From positions 45,570,001-45,634,000 of the forward strand of contig OZ024751.1 in NCBI GenBank assembly GCA_964016885.1: a stretch of DNA of 64,000 nt, given 5' to 3'. This DNA is from Eledone cirrhosa. Taxonomy: Eukaryota. Position 1 is the first letter of the stretch. Every line of letters begins with the position of its first letter. This document shows positions 51,440 through 64,000 of this stretch, in pieces. The translations under genes and the position numbers were made by a program. The notes beneath the pieces were generated by a model. That model worked only from the letters and a program-made list of their open reading frames with translations, was not told where the DNA came from and ran no database searches.

Positions 51440-51587
51440 ATATATATATACTCACACAAAAAAAAACTACTTAAATGCATTAAATATTTCCACTGGAAAA
51501 TTCAAAATTCAAAAAAGATTTTCTGAAAAACTAAAATCACCTTTAGAAGAGAAGTTGGATTTTAAGTATATATATATATATATATAT

Positions 51588-51628
<41 letters not shown>

Positions 51629-52301
51629 TACATACAGAGATATAAACACACATATACATCAATGCATATATAAAATCCAGACTGTTCTCCATTTGAATTC
51701 ACACACCCAACCTCCCGCAATACACAAACCAAAATGTGTAAGACTCGAAACAACAACAACGACAACACTAGACACTTAGTAATTCCTCTGGCTCAGCATG
51801 CCACAGCTTCTAAGCCAGTCGAGGGGCAAAGGCTTGTAGTGTCTGTGATATGGCATCACAGTTTTTAGTGCAAGTTTTAGAACCTTCTCCTCATGCAGCA
51901 GTCCTTATGCGTGTATGTAGTATGTGTGTGTGTGTGTATATATATATATATACAAATTATATATACATACATATACATACATACATGCACACACATATAT
52001 ACATATGTATATTATATGTGTGTGTGAGTGTTTGTGTATATATACATATATTTTAGGCCCCCCAAAAAAAAGAAAGGGGGGTGCCAGGGTGAACAAAAGA
52101 CAACGGAAAATAAAAAAAAAATAAAAGTAAATATACAAACTGTTTCGGTTTACCTCGCATTCCATTGACAGGTAAAGTATGTTGAAGAGACTATTATGAA
52201 AATATATACATGAATGTAAGCCTGTATGTGTGTATATGTGTATGGATACATAGTTATATATATGTATATATGAATGTACATATTATGTATACATTTATAC
52301 T

Positions 52302-52414
52302 GTAGAGAGTCAGGGCCCAATGGCTGAGCTCTTGCCATTTCGACAGCAATGGAATTTGCTGTCGTTTGTTGTCAAGACAGCAAGAGCACAGCCATCGGAC
52401 ACTGATCCTCTACT
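52302..52414. repeat. Foldback, family A (diverged copy)
   Basis: GTAGAGAGTCAGGGCCCAATGGCTGAGCTCTTGC ... GCAAGAGCACAGCCATCGGACACTGATCCTCTAC, with the same downstream flank as the 752-874 copy. Confidence 0.75.
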
Positions 52415-52566
52415 AACTTAAGTATCAAGTACTCTGCTGAATTATGGTCTTACCAGTTTAAACCAGTATAATCCTTATATATATATATATATGTAGGGAT
52501 GTCAGGGGATTAACCATTGGTATAAATAAGGTACTCAATACATTTGTAGAGTATAGGCATGTTTAT

Positions 52567-52671
52567 TATATACAGAAATGGCTTCTACAGGACTGGAACT
52601 GTTTCATTTGTTTGTATGAAATCACTAGGAATGAAACAGCTCTAGCCTTGTAGAAGTTATTTCTATATATA
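52567..52671. repeat. Foldback, family B (diverged copy)
   Basis: AGAAATGGCTTCTACAGGACTGGAACTGTTTCATT ... AATGAAACAGCTCTAGCCTTGTAGAAGTTATTTCT. Confidence 0.8.
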
Positions 52672-52673
52672 GT

Positions 52674-52855
52674 TGTTTCTACTTTTTGGCACAAGGCCAG
52701 CAAATACCCAGTGCATTACTGGTACTTTATTTTATCGACTCCGTAAGGATGAAAGCAAAGTTAACCTCGGCGGGATTTGAACTCAGAATGACAAGGGCCG
52801 TAACTCTATGCGTCAAAGCATGGTGCCCAACCCTCTACCGATACTGCCAATCCAC
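52674..52855 (-). mobile_element. SINE family 1
   Basis: Consensus match. Further copies at ~8560-8680 (-), 12310-12470 (-), 21140-21280 (+), 26088-26230 (-) and 48935-49105 (+). Confidence 0.78.
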
Positions 52856-52872
52856 TTCTATATATAGTAAAG

Positions 52873-52905
<33 letters not shown>

Positions 52906-52950
52906 CTGAGGAGACCACTAATCATGGGAGTACTCAATGCATGTGATAAT

Positions 52951-53034
52951 GGGTAAAGTCCCAATCGCAGTGCCAAGTGGTTTCAGCTTATGTAACAGCT
53001 GAAACCACTTAGCAACCGCGATCAGGATTTTACC
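52951..53034. repeat. Foldback, family C
   Basis: GGTAAAGTCCCAATCGCAGTGCCAAGTGGTTTCAGCT / AGCTGAAACCACTTAGCAACCGCGATCAGGATTTTACC, preceded by GAGTACTCAATGC. Confidence 0.75.
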
Positions 53035-53146
53035 TTCCTCACTCTGTCTCTATACATATACATATACATGTGTCTGTATTTATGTGTGTGTGTAGATATA
53101 TATATATATCTACACACACATACATAAATACAGACATGTATATGTA

Positions 53147-53180
<34 letters not shown>

Positions 53181-53995
53181 ATATAACTGTAATTTTGTTT
53201 CCTGTGTTTTGTTTTGTTTCATTAATTAACTATATATATATATATAGTTCAAGGAGACAACAAACTGGTACGAAAAGTCCTATATATACACACACATATA
53301 GCATATATATATATATATATATATATATCCATAGGCACACACATAATGGTGTTAGATTCTGATTTCATTTGAAGAAAGAAATGAAAATGAAAAGAAAACT
53401 CTGCGGAGAAACAAATTGGAAAATAATAAAACACAAAATAAAGAAGGAAAAAAATAAATAAAGAGGAAGGAGGGAGGGGAACACAACAAAATAACAACAA
53501 AAACAAACACAAAAGTATTCCTGAGATTGTTACAATCATAATAATGTCGGCTAAACCTCATTTCATCGAGTTTTTCTTCTTTGTTTGTATATTTTTTTCT
53601 TTTGGTTTAGTGTAAAAAAAAAAACAAAAAAAAGACAGTTTCCACTCTTCTTCATCATCATTATAGAAACGAATGTTGTTTATTATTGTTGTTGTAATGT
53701 ATTGGTGTTTTATTTGTATTGTATGCATGTATATATATATATATATATGTATATATACACACATGTACATATATTCATATATTCATATATATATATATAT
53801 AGAGTGGTTCAGTAAATTTGTGGTTTACTGAGGATATATATATATATATACACACACACATCTATGTGTTTATCTATATGTATATGTGCTTCTGAGTACA
53901 ACTAGGTGTGTATGTGTTTTAAAATGCGTAAGCCTTCATCTGTGTCTAAGCCTATATGTGTACGAGTGTTTTTTTCTGTATTCTGACTGCCTGAG

Positions 53996-55846
53996 TTACG
54001 AGCTACTCGACCACATGTTATTGGTGAAGAGGGCGCCACATATCGTACACTCAAACGGCGAGTCGGAGTAGTCTTTCTGGGGTACGACAGCCGTTGTAGT
54101 GCCATAGTCTAGGGATTTCTCTTCACCGTGACTCCGCTTGTGAGCGTTCAAGTTTGACTTCTGTGAGAACACAACACCGCAGATGTCACACGTGTACGAT
54201 GACAGCAGAGACGATGGCATGAGAAGTGTCATTGACATATCATCGTTGTGGGTCCGTTCATGTTCCGTCAAGGTTGACATTGTTGGGAAACCCTCATTGC
54301 AAATGCAGCATTTGTAAGGGCACTCTTCTATATGAATGCGATTCATAGTTAAAACGTTGTTGTTGTTGTTATTTTTGTTGCTGTTGTTGTTGTTGTTGTT
54401 GTTGTTGTTCGTGGTGGTGGTGGTGGTGTTGTGGATTGGGATTTTGGTGTGTATGTTTGTGTGAATGTTGTTGCTGATGGAGGTGTTTGTTGTTGTTGGG
54501 ATGATGGGCGTGGCAGTGGCGGGGTGTGTGCTGCGGATGGTTTTGCTGCTGCCATTGCTGCTGACAACAATGGAGCAACTGCGATTGTTGTTGCTGCTGC
54601 TGGTGTTGTTCAGGTGGTTGTTGCTGATGTTGTGATGATGGTTGCTATTGGTCGGGGTGATGATGGTGGTACCACCGCTAAGACTGCTATTGCTGCCGCC
54701 GCCGATGTTATTGTTTGATTTCTGCTGTTTAAGTGCATGTGAGAAAGATGCGATATCCGTCGAGTCACTAACGACAGAGCTGGCATCAGCAGCAGCAGCT
54801 ACAGCGGCAGCAGCAGCAGCGGCGGCTGCAGCAACAGCAGCAGCATTGCTGGGACCATTATTAGTGCCAGCTTTGTTAGGGGCCCTGCCAGTTACAGATC
54901 TACATGTGCCGGAGGAAGAACCGACTAAATGCATCAGTTTGTGTTTTTCCAAGCTGTAAGACGTGGGGAAATTTTTTTTACAAGTGATACAGTTAAAGAT
55001 CTTTTTTTCCACGTGGACCTCAATGATGTGGGTCTCCACTTCCTCTTTTGAAGCAAACTCTAGGCCACACGTATCACATCTCATCCGTTTGACAATGGTG
55101 TGGGTCGTGGAAGGGGCCGTAGGGAGACCGTTGGCGTTTGTTGCCAGAAAGTGCTTCTTGCGATGTGATTTCATTGTTTGGCGGTAGGAGAAAACTTCAT
55201 CACAGAGGTCACACTTGAATGGTTTTTCACCGGTGTGTGTCCTGCGATGAGTGATGAGCGTTGAACGATGTGAAAACGACATGTCACACACGTCACACTT
55301 AAATGGCCTCTCTCCAGTGTGGACCCTCTTATGTGCTTTAAGCGCCCCCTGGTGACCGAATGCTTTTGGACATGTGTCGCACTTGAATGGCTTTTCCCCT
55401 GTGTGCACTCGTTTGTGCGCTTTAAGAGCGCGGCGCAACGAGAACGCCTTTTCACACGTGTCGCATTTATAAGGTTTGTCGCCTCCGTTGGCACTAGCTG
55501 TTGGAAACACAACTGTCTTTATGAGGGTGTTACTAGCTGCCACAGAGAATAAACTCTCCTGTTGGTTATTGTTGTTGTTGCTCATTGAATCATTACTATT
55601 GCTGTTCACCGTGAAGTTGGAGTTGCCCACAGACGCCAAGCCCGTGTCAGAGGAAGCATTCACCTTATTTATGGTGGCTGTTAATACTGACTTGGTCGTC
55701 TCCCACGAGTTTTCTGCTTCATCAGTCGTTGCATTCATACTCTCATCTGTTGTTGACATATCTTCCAATGCCATCATTTTGGACATCTCACATTCGGAAC
55801 TTAGCGGGAAGTTATCCGACTCTAACGTACTTTCTGTACTTGCCAT
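53996..55846 (-). CDS. C2H2 zinc-finger protein, 616 aa, 8 complete fingers plus a truncated ninth, with poly-Ala/Asn/Thr tracts
   Basis: Single ORF with four tandem fingers joined by TGEKP/TGERP linkers, then four dispersed Cx2C-x12-Hx3-4H fingers. ATG at 55846. An acceptor TTTTACAG| at 56171 (minus) suggests the coding exon starts at 56170. Confidence 0.9.
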   Translation of the reverse strand: MASTESTLESDNFPLSSECEMSKMMALEDMSTTDESMNATTDEAENSWETTKSVLTATINKVNASSDTGLASVGNSNFTVNSNSNDSMSNNNNNQQESLFSVAASNTLIKTVVFPTASANGGDKPYKCDTCEKAFSLRRALKAHKRVHTGEKPFKCDTCPKAFGHQGALKAHKRVHTGERPFKCDVCDMSFSHRSTLITHRRTHTGEKPFKCDLCDEVFSYRQTMKSHRKKHFLATNANGLPTAPSTTHTIVKRMRCDTCGLEFASKEEVETHIIEVHVEKKIFNCITCKKNFPTSYSLEKHKLMHLVGSSSGTCRSVTGRAPNKAGTNNGPSNAAAVAAAAAAAAAAVAAAADASSVVSDSTDIASFSHALKQQKSNNNIGGGSNSSLSGGTTIITPTNSNHHHNISNNHLNNTSSSNNNRSCSIVVSSNGSSKTIRSTHPATATPIIPTTTNTSISNNIHTNIHTKIPIHNTTTTTTNNNNNNNNNSNKNNNNNNVLTMNRIHIEECPYKCCICNEGFPTMSTLTEHERTHNDDMSMTLLMPSSLLSSYTCDICGVVFSQKSNLNAHKRSHGEEKSLDYGTTTAVVPQKDYSDSPFECTICGALFTNNMWSSSS

Positions 55847-56791
55847 AATTTTTGGTTTGTTGGAGTTTTTCTTTTACCTGATTTTCTTAATAATGCTTTT
55901 GTTTTGTTTAAAATTTGTTTTCTTTTTCAATTCGTTAGCAAACTTAAGTTTGCTTATTTTTCCCTGATCTTTAAATAATTTGTAAATGCAAATATAATAA
56001 GTAAGAAAATTATATAAATATGATGTAGTACCAGTCTTTCATGTTTTCAAGGGAACTTATCCAGCCAATCGTAAATAGATTGAATCTCTCACTTTAAAAG
56101 GTTCTATCATTTTTCTTCATAAAAAAAAATTTCCAGTACTGGATGGCCTCACTAAAATACTGCAAGGATTCTGTAAAAGAAAATAAAATAAAAGTTTCAA
56201 TTAAAAGATCGTATACATATTAAACTACTACAAACTATAAATCTATAGACGTTTAGCCAACATTATGTAATACAATAACAACAAACATTTTAAGGCCATC
56301 TTGCAGGTCCTATGATTGGCTTCATATCCATCATGGGATCCTTTCTGAGGCAATGTTTAACAGCTAGTTGCCCTTCTAGACCCAGTACTTTTAGTTACTT
56401 CTAACTACATAGGGTTATGGTGCACAGCAGATTCTAAACCAGACAACCTACTGTTGTATATGTCATAAAGTACCCAGTCCCACCCTGTAAGGTGGTCATG
56501 CTGGTGACATGACAAAAAGCACTCAGTTCACCATGCAAGGTGTTTGTCATTAGGAAGGGCATCCAGCTGTAGAAAATCAGCCAGAAACAGTCCTATACGA
56601 GTGAGACACAGTCACCCGACACAACTTGCCACATGTGGGACAAACCCGTCTAACCCATGCTACTGTGGAAGATAGACGTTAAACAATGATGATGATGATA
56701 TATAGGGTTACAATATTGTCAACAGATGGCAACGGAAGAAGGAAATATTTGCCTACAGAGAAAACTTATTAATCACACAGCAATGAGATAA

Positions 56792-57084
56792 GCATGAATG
56801 TCACCACATCATACCAACACTCATTCCTCTACACACTGCTTTGGCTTTCTGCCTGTCAATACAAAACCATTTGAGACTGTTCAATGCGATAGGCATGAAT
56901 GTCACCACATCGTACCAACACTCCTTCCTCTACACACTGCTTTGGCTTTCTGCCTGTCAATACAAAACCATTTGAGACTGTTCAATGCGATAGGCATGAA
57001 TGTCACCACATCGTACCAACACTCCTTCCTCTACACACTGCTTTGGCTTTCTGCCTGTCAATACAAAACCATTTGAGACTGTTC
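56792..57084. repeat. 101-bp tandem repeat, about 2.9 copies
   Basis: GCATGAATGTCACCACATC... starts at 56792, 56893 and 56994, and the copies are almost identical. Confidence 0.92.
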
Positions 57085-57365
57085 ATTTGGCAGTCTTTCA
57101 GTAACTCATGTCATCTGTCTGTGTGTGTATATACACATATATTCAGTTATGTGTGCATGGATATATATACACATATATGCACACACACACATATACATAT
57201 ATATACACACACAGATATATAAACATACATACACGCATATATACATACACACACACACACATATATATAAACACACACCCACAGACACATCTATGGGTGT
57301 GTATGTATATACACACATATATATACATACACACAATATATATTCATAAAGTTATTATTTCAGAG

Positions 57366-57398
<33 letters not shown>

Positions 57399-57932
57399 CT
57401 ATATATATATATAAATATAAACACACACACAAATACATATTTGTATATATTTATAATTCCATTATTGGAATGAAAAGAAAAGACTTTTCAATGTGAACAA
57501 ATACAGGAAGTAGTAGTAGTAGTGGTGGTAGCAGTAGTAGTAGTGGTAGTAGTGGTGGTGGGGGTGGTAGTGGTGGTGGTGGTGGTGGTGGAGGGGTAGT
57601 AGTAGTAATGGTGGTGCCATTTTATTTTTGTTTCCAAACTGACAGTTAGAGATGGGGGGAGGGGTGAAGAGAGTGAGAGGGAGAAACATGCAGATATACA
57701 GAGGGAGTTAGAGAAAGAGAGGGTGTGTGAGATATATAGAGAGGGAGTTAGAGAGAGAGAGAGAAAGAGAGAATCAATATTGTAAACCGGAAGTATTTTA
57801 ATTAAACTCATTATGTCCATGGTAGGGAAATATGACAAGAAAAACAAAACAAAAACAACATTAAATTTTAAAAAATGGAAGCTGTTTCTGTATATTTAAA
57901 TTATATATATATTCACATATCTCTCCCACTCC

Positions 57933-57934
<2 letters not shown>

Positions 57935-57964
<30 letters not shown>

Positions 57965-58084
57965 GTGTATATATATATACATATATATATATACATATAT
58001 ATATATACACATACATATATATACATATATATATACACATATATATATACACATATATATATATACACATATATATACACATAC

Positions 58085-58125
<41 letters not shown>

Positions 58126-58460
58126 TATACACATACATATATATACACATACATATATATACACATACATATATATACACATACATATACATATATATAT
58201 ATACACATACATATATTTACATATATATATATACATACATATATATATATATACACATACATATATTTACATATATATATATACATACATATATATATAT
58301 ACATATATATACACATACATATATTTACATATATATATATATATATACATACATATATACACATATACACACACACATATATACATACATGTCTTCTACA
58401 TAACACACACGCATACGCGCGCGCGCGTGGGTGCGTGTGTGTGTGTATACATATATAGAG
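57935..58460. repeat. (TA)n/(CA)n compound microsatellite
   Basis: Directly visible. Comparable tracts lie at 6539-6911, 41865-42230, 47435-47590 and 59400-60285. Confidence 0.9.
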
Positions 58461-59529
58461 AGAGAGGGAGAAAGAAAGAGGGTAGGAGGGGAAGAATGCA
58501 AAAGTGTGTAAAACGAAGGTGTATATGTATATGTATGTTTATTTGTGGATGTATGTGTAGAAATCTTGTCTCATTTCCTACAGTTCCTCTCTCTGAAATA
58601 ATTAATTCAAAGAGAGAGAGAGAGGAAGGGGAAAGAGAGAGGGGGGAATAAAAAACGGTGAATTTTTATTGGTTATTGTGAAACTGGAGAATTTTTAAGT
58701 CTGCTGAATTTTGTAGTGAAGGAGGGGGGGGGGTAGGAGAGAGAGAAAGAGAGATAGAGTAGGAGAGAGAGAAAGAGATAGATAAAGTAGGATAGAGAGA
58801 GAAATAAATAAAGTAAGATAGCAAGAGAAATGAAGGAGAGGGAGTTGAAGTAGGAAAGAGAAAGAAAAATAGAGAGGTAACTAGATTCAGAGAGAAAAGA
58901 AAACAGAGGTTTAAGGGGGGCGGGGCGTCGTAGGCTGATTACGGGATTTAATTAGTCTTAATTAAAGCTGCTATATTAATTTTTAAAAATATAGTTTATA
59001 GGATTAAAACGGGTAAGAGTGTATGTGTGTATGTGGACATAGATATGTTTGTGTATGTTGGAGTATATAAGCTGATGTGTGTATGTTTGAGGGTGTGTGT
59101 GTGTGTGCCTACAGGCACGTATGTGTATGACGGTGTGTACGAATATAAAAAGAGCGGAAAAAAAAGAATGTTGGTGTGTATATATATACACATTACTTAT
59201 ACATGATGATGTGTATATGAAGATGTTATATGTATGTGTGTGTGTCTTCAAATAAACATGTTCGTTCATACGTACGAGTGTGTGTGTCAGTGTATGTGAG
59301 TGTGCGTAAATAAATATAGTAAATCTATATTGCATCGATCTATATATATATCGTTTAAAAATCAAACGCGATGGATAAAGAGAAAGAAGTAATGAAAGTA
59401 TGTGTGCGTGCATGTATGTATGTATGTATGTATATATGCGTGCATGTATGTATGTATATATATATATATGTGCATGTGTGCGTGTATGTATGTATATATA
59501 TGTGGGTGTGTGTGTGTATATATATATAT

Positions 59530-59576
<47 letters not shown>

Positions 59577-60225
59577 CGTGTATGTATATATGTATATGTA
59601 TATAATATATGTGTGTGTGAATATATAATTACGTGTGTGTGTGCGTGTATTATATATATATATATATGGGTGTTAGTGTGTGATGATATCGGGGTGCCGT
59701 CCTACTCCACCCTCTTGATATTACGGGTGGGGGGAGGGTCTTACCGCTGCTGGCGGTTACTAGGGCTGGGGCTACGATATTGTCAGATTTTGAAGAGTTA
59801 AACAACACAAAGGATTTGTAGTTATGAAATGCAGAGACACACACACATATAGATATACATACACACACACATAGATACACACACACACACATAGATATAC
59901 ATACACACACGCATATAGATATACATACACACAGATATACATAAGCACACACACATAGATATACACACACACACATATATATACACATACACACACATAT
60001 ATATATACACACACACACACACATATAGAGACACATACGAGAGAAAGAAAGAATGACAGGCAAAGAAACGTAAAAGACATTCATCAAAGCTGACACCACG
60101 GAACTTGGAGATGGAAGGGGGCACTTCTCTTAGAAATAAAGGTTTAAACACACATGTACACACACATATCTGTCGCAACCTATGTACATAAATATATATA
60201 TACATACGCGCATTACACACACACA

Positions 60226-60287
<62 letters not shown>

Positions 60288-60381
60288 TTTAGAGATATTG
60301 ATTTTGACAAAGTGGATGTGATGTGTTGTAAACAAAAGACACTGCCACAATACACATACTTAAATGTGTGTGTGTGTGTGT

Positions 60382-60413
<32 letters not shown>

Positions 60414-60959
60414 GTGTGTATGACAACCAAATCACACATGTATATGTGTATACACGTTTATTATATGTTTATATATATGTCTTAATAGGGGAAAACTTAA
60501 AACGAGATAATTTGTTTGGTTATGTCAAAATATATGTATATGAGGGGACCAAAATCCGGGTGTCAACCAGAAAGACAGAATGTAAGAGAAATGTATGTGT
60601 AAATGTACATATATATATATAAATAAATGTGTGTGTGTATACATATATATATATATACATATGTGTGTGTGAGTATGTGAATGTTTTAGCTAAAATATGA
60701 AGACACCCACACACCCACGATTTAAATCCATTTCATATGACACTAGCCGGTCATTCGACCTGCTAGAAATAGCAGTCGAAAACTGACAAATCAGGAAGAT
60801 CGCAGTCTTAGATATAGGAAGAAGCGTGATGGTCACAGTTGGAACACATTTCATCATAGATCAGCTCAAACAGGCCTGACACGGAGTTAGACAATATCAT
60901 ATCACTTCCTTCTAGCTATAGAAATCGTGTGTGTGTTTTTATATATATATATATATATG

Positions 60960-61083
60960 TTTAATATAGAAATGGCTTCTACAAGACTAGAACTGTTTCA
61001 TTCGGGAGAAATCATCAGGGCTCCCTGATGATTTCTCCCGCATGGAACAGTTCTAGTCTTGTACAAGCCATTTCTATATTAAA
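60960..61083. repeat. 124-nt near-perfect foldback (family B)
   Basis: Arms of 61 nt with 3 mismatches and a 2-nt loop. Related copies at 52567-52671 and ~28210-28250 (one arm). Confidence 0.92.
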
Positions 61084-61554
61084 TATATATACTCTGCTAC
61101 GTATTGAGTACCTTACTTACTGTGGTTACTCCCCGATTGAACCCAGGATAAACTTTAAATATATATATATATAGAGAGAGAGAGAGAGCTCAGCCGTCGG
61201 GGTCCCGACTCTATATATTTCTACCATCGAAACGGTTTAAGCTTGACCATAGGGTTTACATGCGCTAAATAATATATACATGTTTATACACACATCATAT
61301 ATACACATAAATATATATATATACACACACATATATATACATATATATATATCCGTGTGTAGTTGACGGAGAGAAAAGAGTACTCAATACGGATGTAGTT
61401 TAAATAAATAATAATAAATGACTATATATATATATATACACACATACATGTATATATATATATATATACATACATACATCTACATATATATACATACATA
61501 CATCTACATATATATACATACATACATCTACATATATATATACATACATACATC

Positions 61555-61595
<41 letters not shown>

Positions 61596-61928
61596 ACATA
61601 CATATATATATATATACACATACATACATACACACATATACAGATATATAAATGCGCATATACACATACGTACATATATATAATATATATATACATATAT
61701 GCTTGATTATGGTTGTCCATCGACACAGTGACAATATATTCACACATATATAGCTACACACTTCTCATGAGAATCGAACTGATTAAAAAGTTCATTGTAT
61801 TATTCATCGATTATCAATTTTCATATTCACACACATGTGTATATATATATATATAGAGAGAGAGAGATAGATAGATATATATTAAGTGTACACATTATTT
61901 GTGTGGTTATGTATACGAGTAATCAAGT

Positions 61929-61972
<44 letters not shown>

Positions 61973-62268
61973 TTATATATACATATATATGTCTGTGTGA
62001 ATGTAAGTCTATAGTGAAATATACTTTTCAAGGGCTTTAACTAAAAATAAAACAACTCTTCAAATCTATAAAAAGTGTAGAAACCCATTCTAGTATAGAG
62101 TAACACTAAATTGTTAGAGTGTGTTAGCTAGAATATATTATATACGAGGGTATATATAATGTATATAAGCGATAATATATGAAGCGTGTTTATAAAACGA
62201 AATATAAAGCTGATATTACCTTGACTGTCGCTACCAATGCTGACTGGTTAGGGCGCAGCCATGTTTAC

Positions 62269-62360
62269 CTGATTTCGCCAATCATCGGATAACATCGACA
62301 GAAGCGTTCGGCTATCTCCGTTCAAATTCGGTGACGGTTGAGGTTAGAGCGGAGATCACA
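62269..62360 (-). other. Candidate non-coding 5' exon / promoter-proximal segment of the zinc-finger gene
   Basis: Unique CpG-containing island within microsatellite DNA, ending in donor-like CAG|GTAAAC at 62268-62267 (minus). A second candidate donor GCG|GTAAGA lies at 59744. No transcript evidence. Confidence 0.25.
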
Positions 62361-62849
62361 TACTCTCTTTCTCTTTCTTTCTTATAATTCTTTTTTTTTC
62401 TTTCTGTTTCTCTCTCTTCTTTTCTCTCTATTTATGTTTTCTTCTCTTTCTTTTGCTTTTTTCCCTTCCTCTCTCATTTTCTCTCTCTCCCCTGCTTCAA
62501 AACATTGACGGAATAAAAACGATACACACATGCACACATACACACACGCACACATAGACAAACTCACACACACATACACACACATATAAATATGTTTATA
62601 TGTATGTATGTACATATATATGTATGTGTGTTTAGAATAGGCATGCCATAAGAAACGACTAAAAGGGTTGGCGTCGCGGAGGGCATCCGACTATAAAACA
62701 TTGCCTCAAAAATTCATATTCAACCCATGCCAGCATGGTAACTCAACTCACAGTCACCATCCTCATGGAAAACAACAGTTAAGTTAGTGTAAACATATCC
62801 AATGTAGTGAGCAGATCGAAATAATGCATTTCCCTCTACTAATTAAGCA

Positions 62850-62856
62850 CCAACAC

Positions 62857-62891
<35 letters not shown>

Positions 62892-63540
62892 CCACCACCA
62901 TCACGACCATCACCATCATCATCACCGCTGCCACCACCACCATCATCAGCAGCACTGCCACCACCACCATCATCAGCAGCACTGCCACCACCACCATCAT
63001 CATCACCACTGCCACCACTATTATCATCACCACTACACCACCTCCACTTGCATCATCACCACTGCCACCACCACCTGCATCATCACCACTGCCACCACCA
63101 CCACCACCTGCATCATCACCACGGCCACCACCACCACCACTATCATCATCACCACTGCCACCACCACCACCACCACCACCACCACCACCACCACTATCAT
63201 CATCACCACTGCCACCACCATTATCATCAGCATTGCCACCACCACCACTTGCATCATCACCACTGCCACCACCACTACTACCACCCCTGCCACCACCACC
63301 ACCACCACCACTGCCACCACCATTATCATCACCACTGCCACCACCACCACCACTACCACCACTGCCACCACCACTATCATCATCACCACCACCACCACCT
63401 GCATCATCACCACTGCCACCACCACCACTACCACCACTACAACAATCAGTACGATCATCACTATCATCACCATGACTGTCACTACCACCACCACCATTAT
63501 CACCAACACTATCATCACCATCAGTATCATCAACATCACT
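62850..63540. repeat. (CAT/CAC)n compound microsatellite
   Basis: Directly visible. It gives poly-His/Thr/Pro pseudo-ORFs in several frames. Confidence 0.9.
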
Positions 63541-64000
63541 GATTCAGAAAGGGATGGACCATGGAAGAAGAAACATCAAAGAAGAAACATCTCTTTATCT
63601 TTAGCCTATATTGAATTAAGAATGTTATGTAACAAACTTATTATTTAAGATGCTGTCTGATGAAGTCCTGTTGGTGTTTGCATGATGACTGCCGTTCGTA
63701 AACAGGAACACCACAGAAATATGTATTATAGTTGATTCTGAATAAAATCAATTATGAATATCTACATATGGCCTTCACAATTATCATTATTGTATGTGTA
63801 TATATATATATAATATATTATAAGAACAGATTAACGTTTAAGCAAAGAATCGCTGCTTTCACCCTTAATGAGATCTTCTGAAACTTTAATCTGTTAATAA
63901 ATATTTGCTCTATGGGTTTATATATATATATCATATATATTATATATATAATTCTTATTGAGCCCTCTTCGGATTTTAGTCTTCACAATATTTATTACTA

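Noticed and set aside
57861-58651. YI/CV/HT-rich ORFs here and throughout the window
   Set aside because: Artefacts of (TA)n and (CA)n dinucleotide repeats.
62824-63648. His-rich, Thr-rich and Pro-rich ORFs
   Set aside because: Open in several frames on both strands because they are pure CAT/CAC repeats.
63655-63730. CTGATGAAG...GAAATATGTA as a hammerhead
   Set aside because: I could not form a closing stem II or stem I by eye. It may be a decayed Penelope-type end but is unsupported.

Overview
AT-rich, microsatellite-laden eukaryotic DNA. The SINE and repeat content and gene style suggest a coleoid cephalopod such as Octopus; this is an inference, not a database result. Four protein-coding genes were rebuilt by hand with GT-AG junctions and consistent phases: KLHL12 (minus, 10 coding exons, 576 aa), tafazzin (minus, 8 exons, 262 aa), DNA polymerase kappa (plus, 11 exons, about 1374 aa, head-to-head with tafazzin) and a single-coding-exon C2H2 zinc-finger gene (minus, 616 aa). 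Non-coding DNA holds two tRNA-derived SINE families, six copies of a TTAA-flanked piggyBac-like MITE, RTE-LINE 3' fragments and several minisatellites. The most unusual signals are (i) three families of ~80-125 nt foldback elements that share a flanking GTACTCAATAC motif and sit in (TA)n tracts, (ii) two minimal hammerhead-ribozyme motifs of the Penelope type, one sense within a KLHL12 intron, and (iii) a minisatellite that multiplies a KLHL12 5' splice site and DR1 nuclear-receptor motifs. Most short ORFs in the supplied track are microsatellite artefacts.
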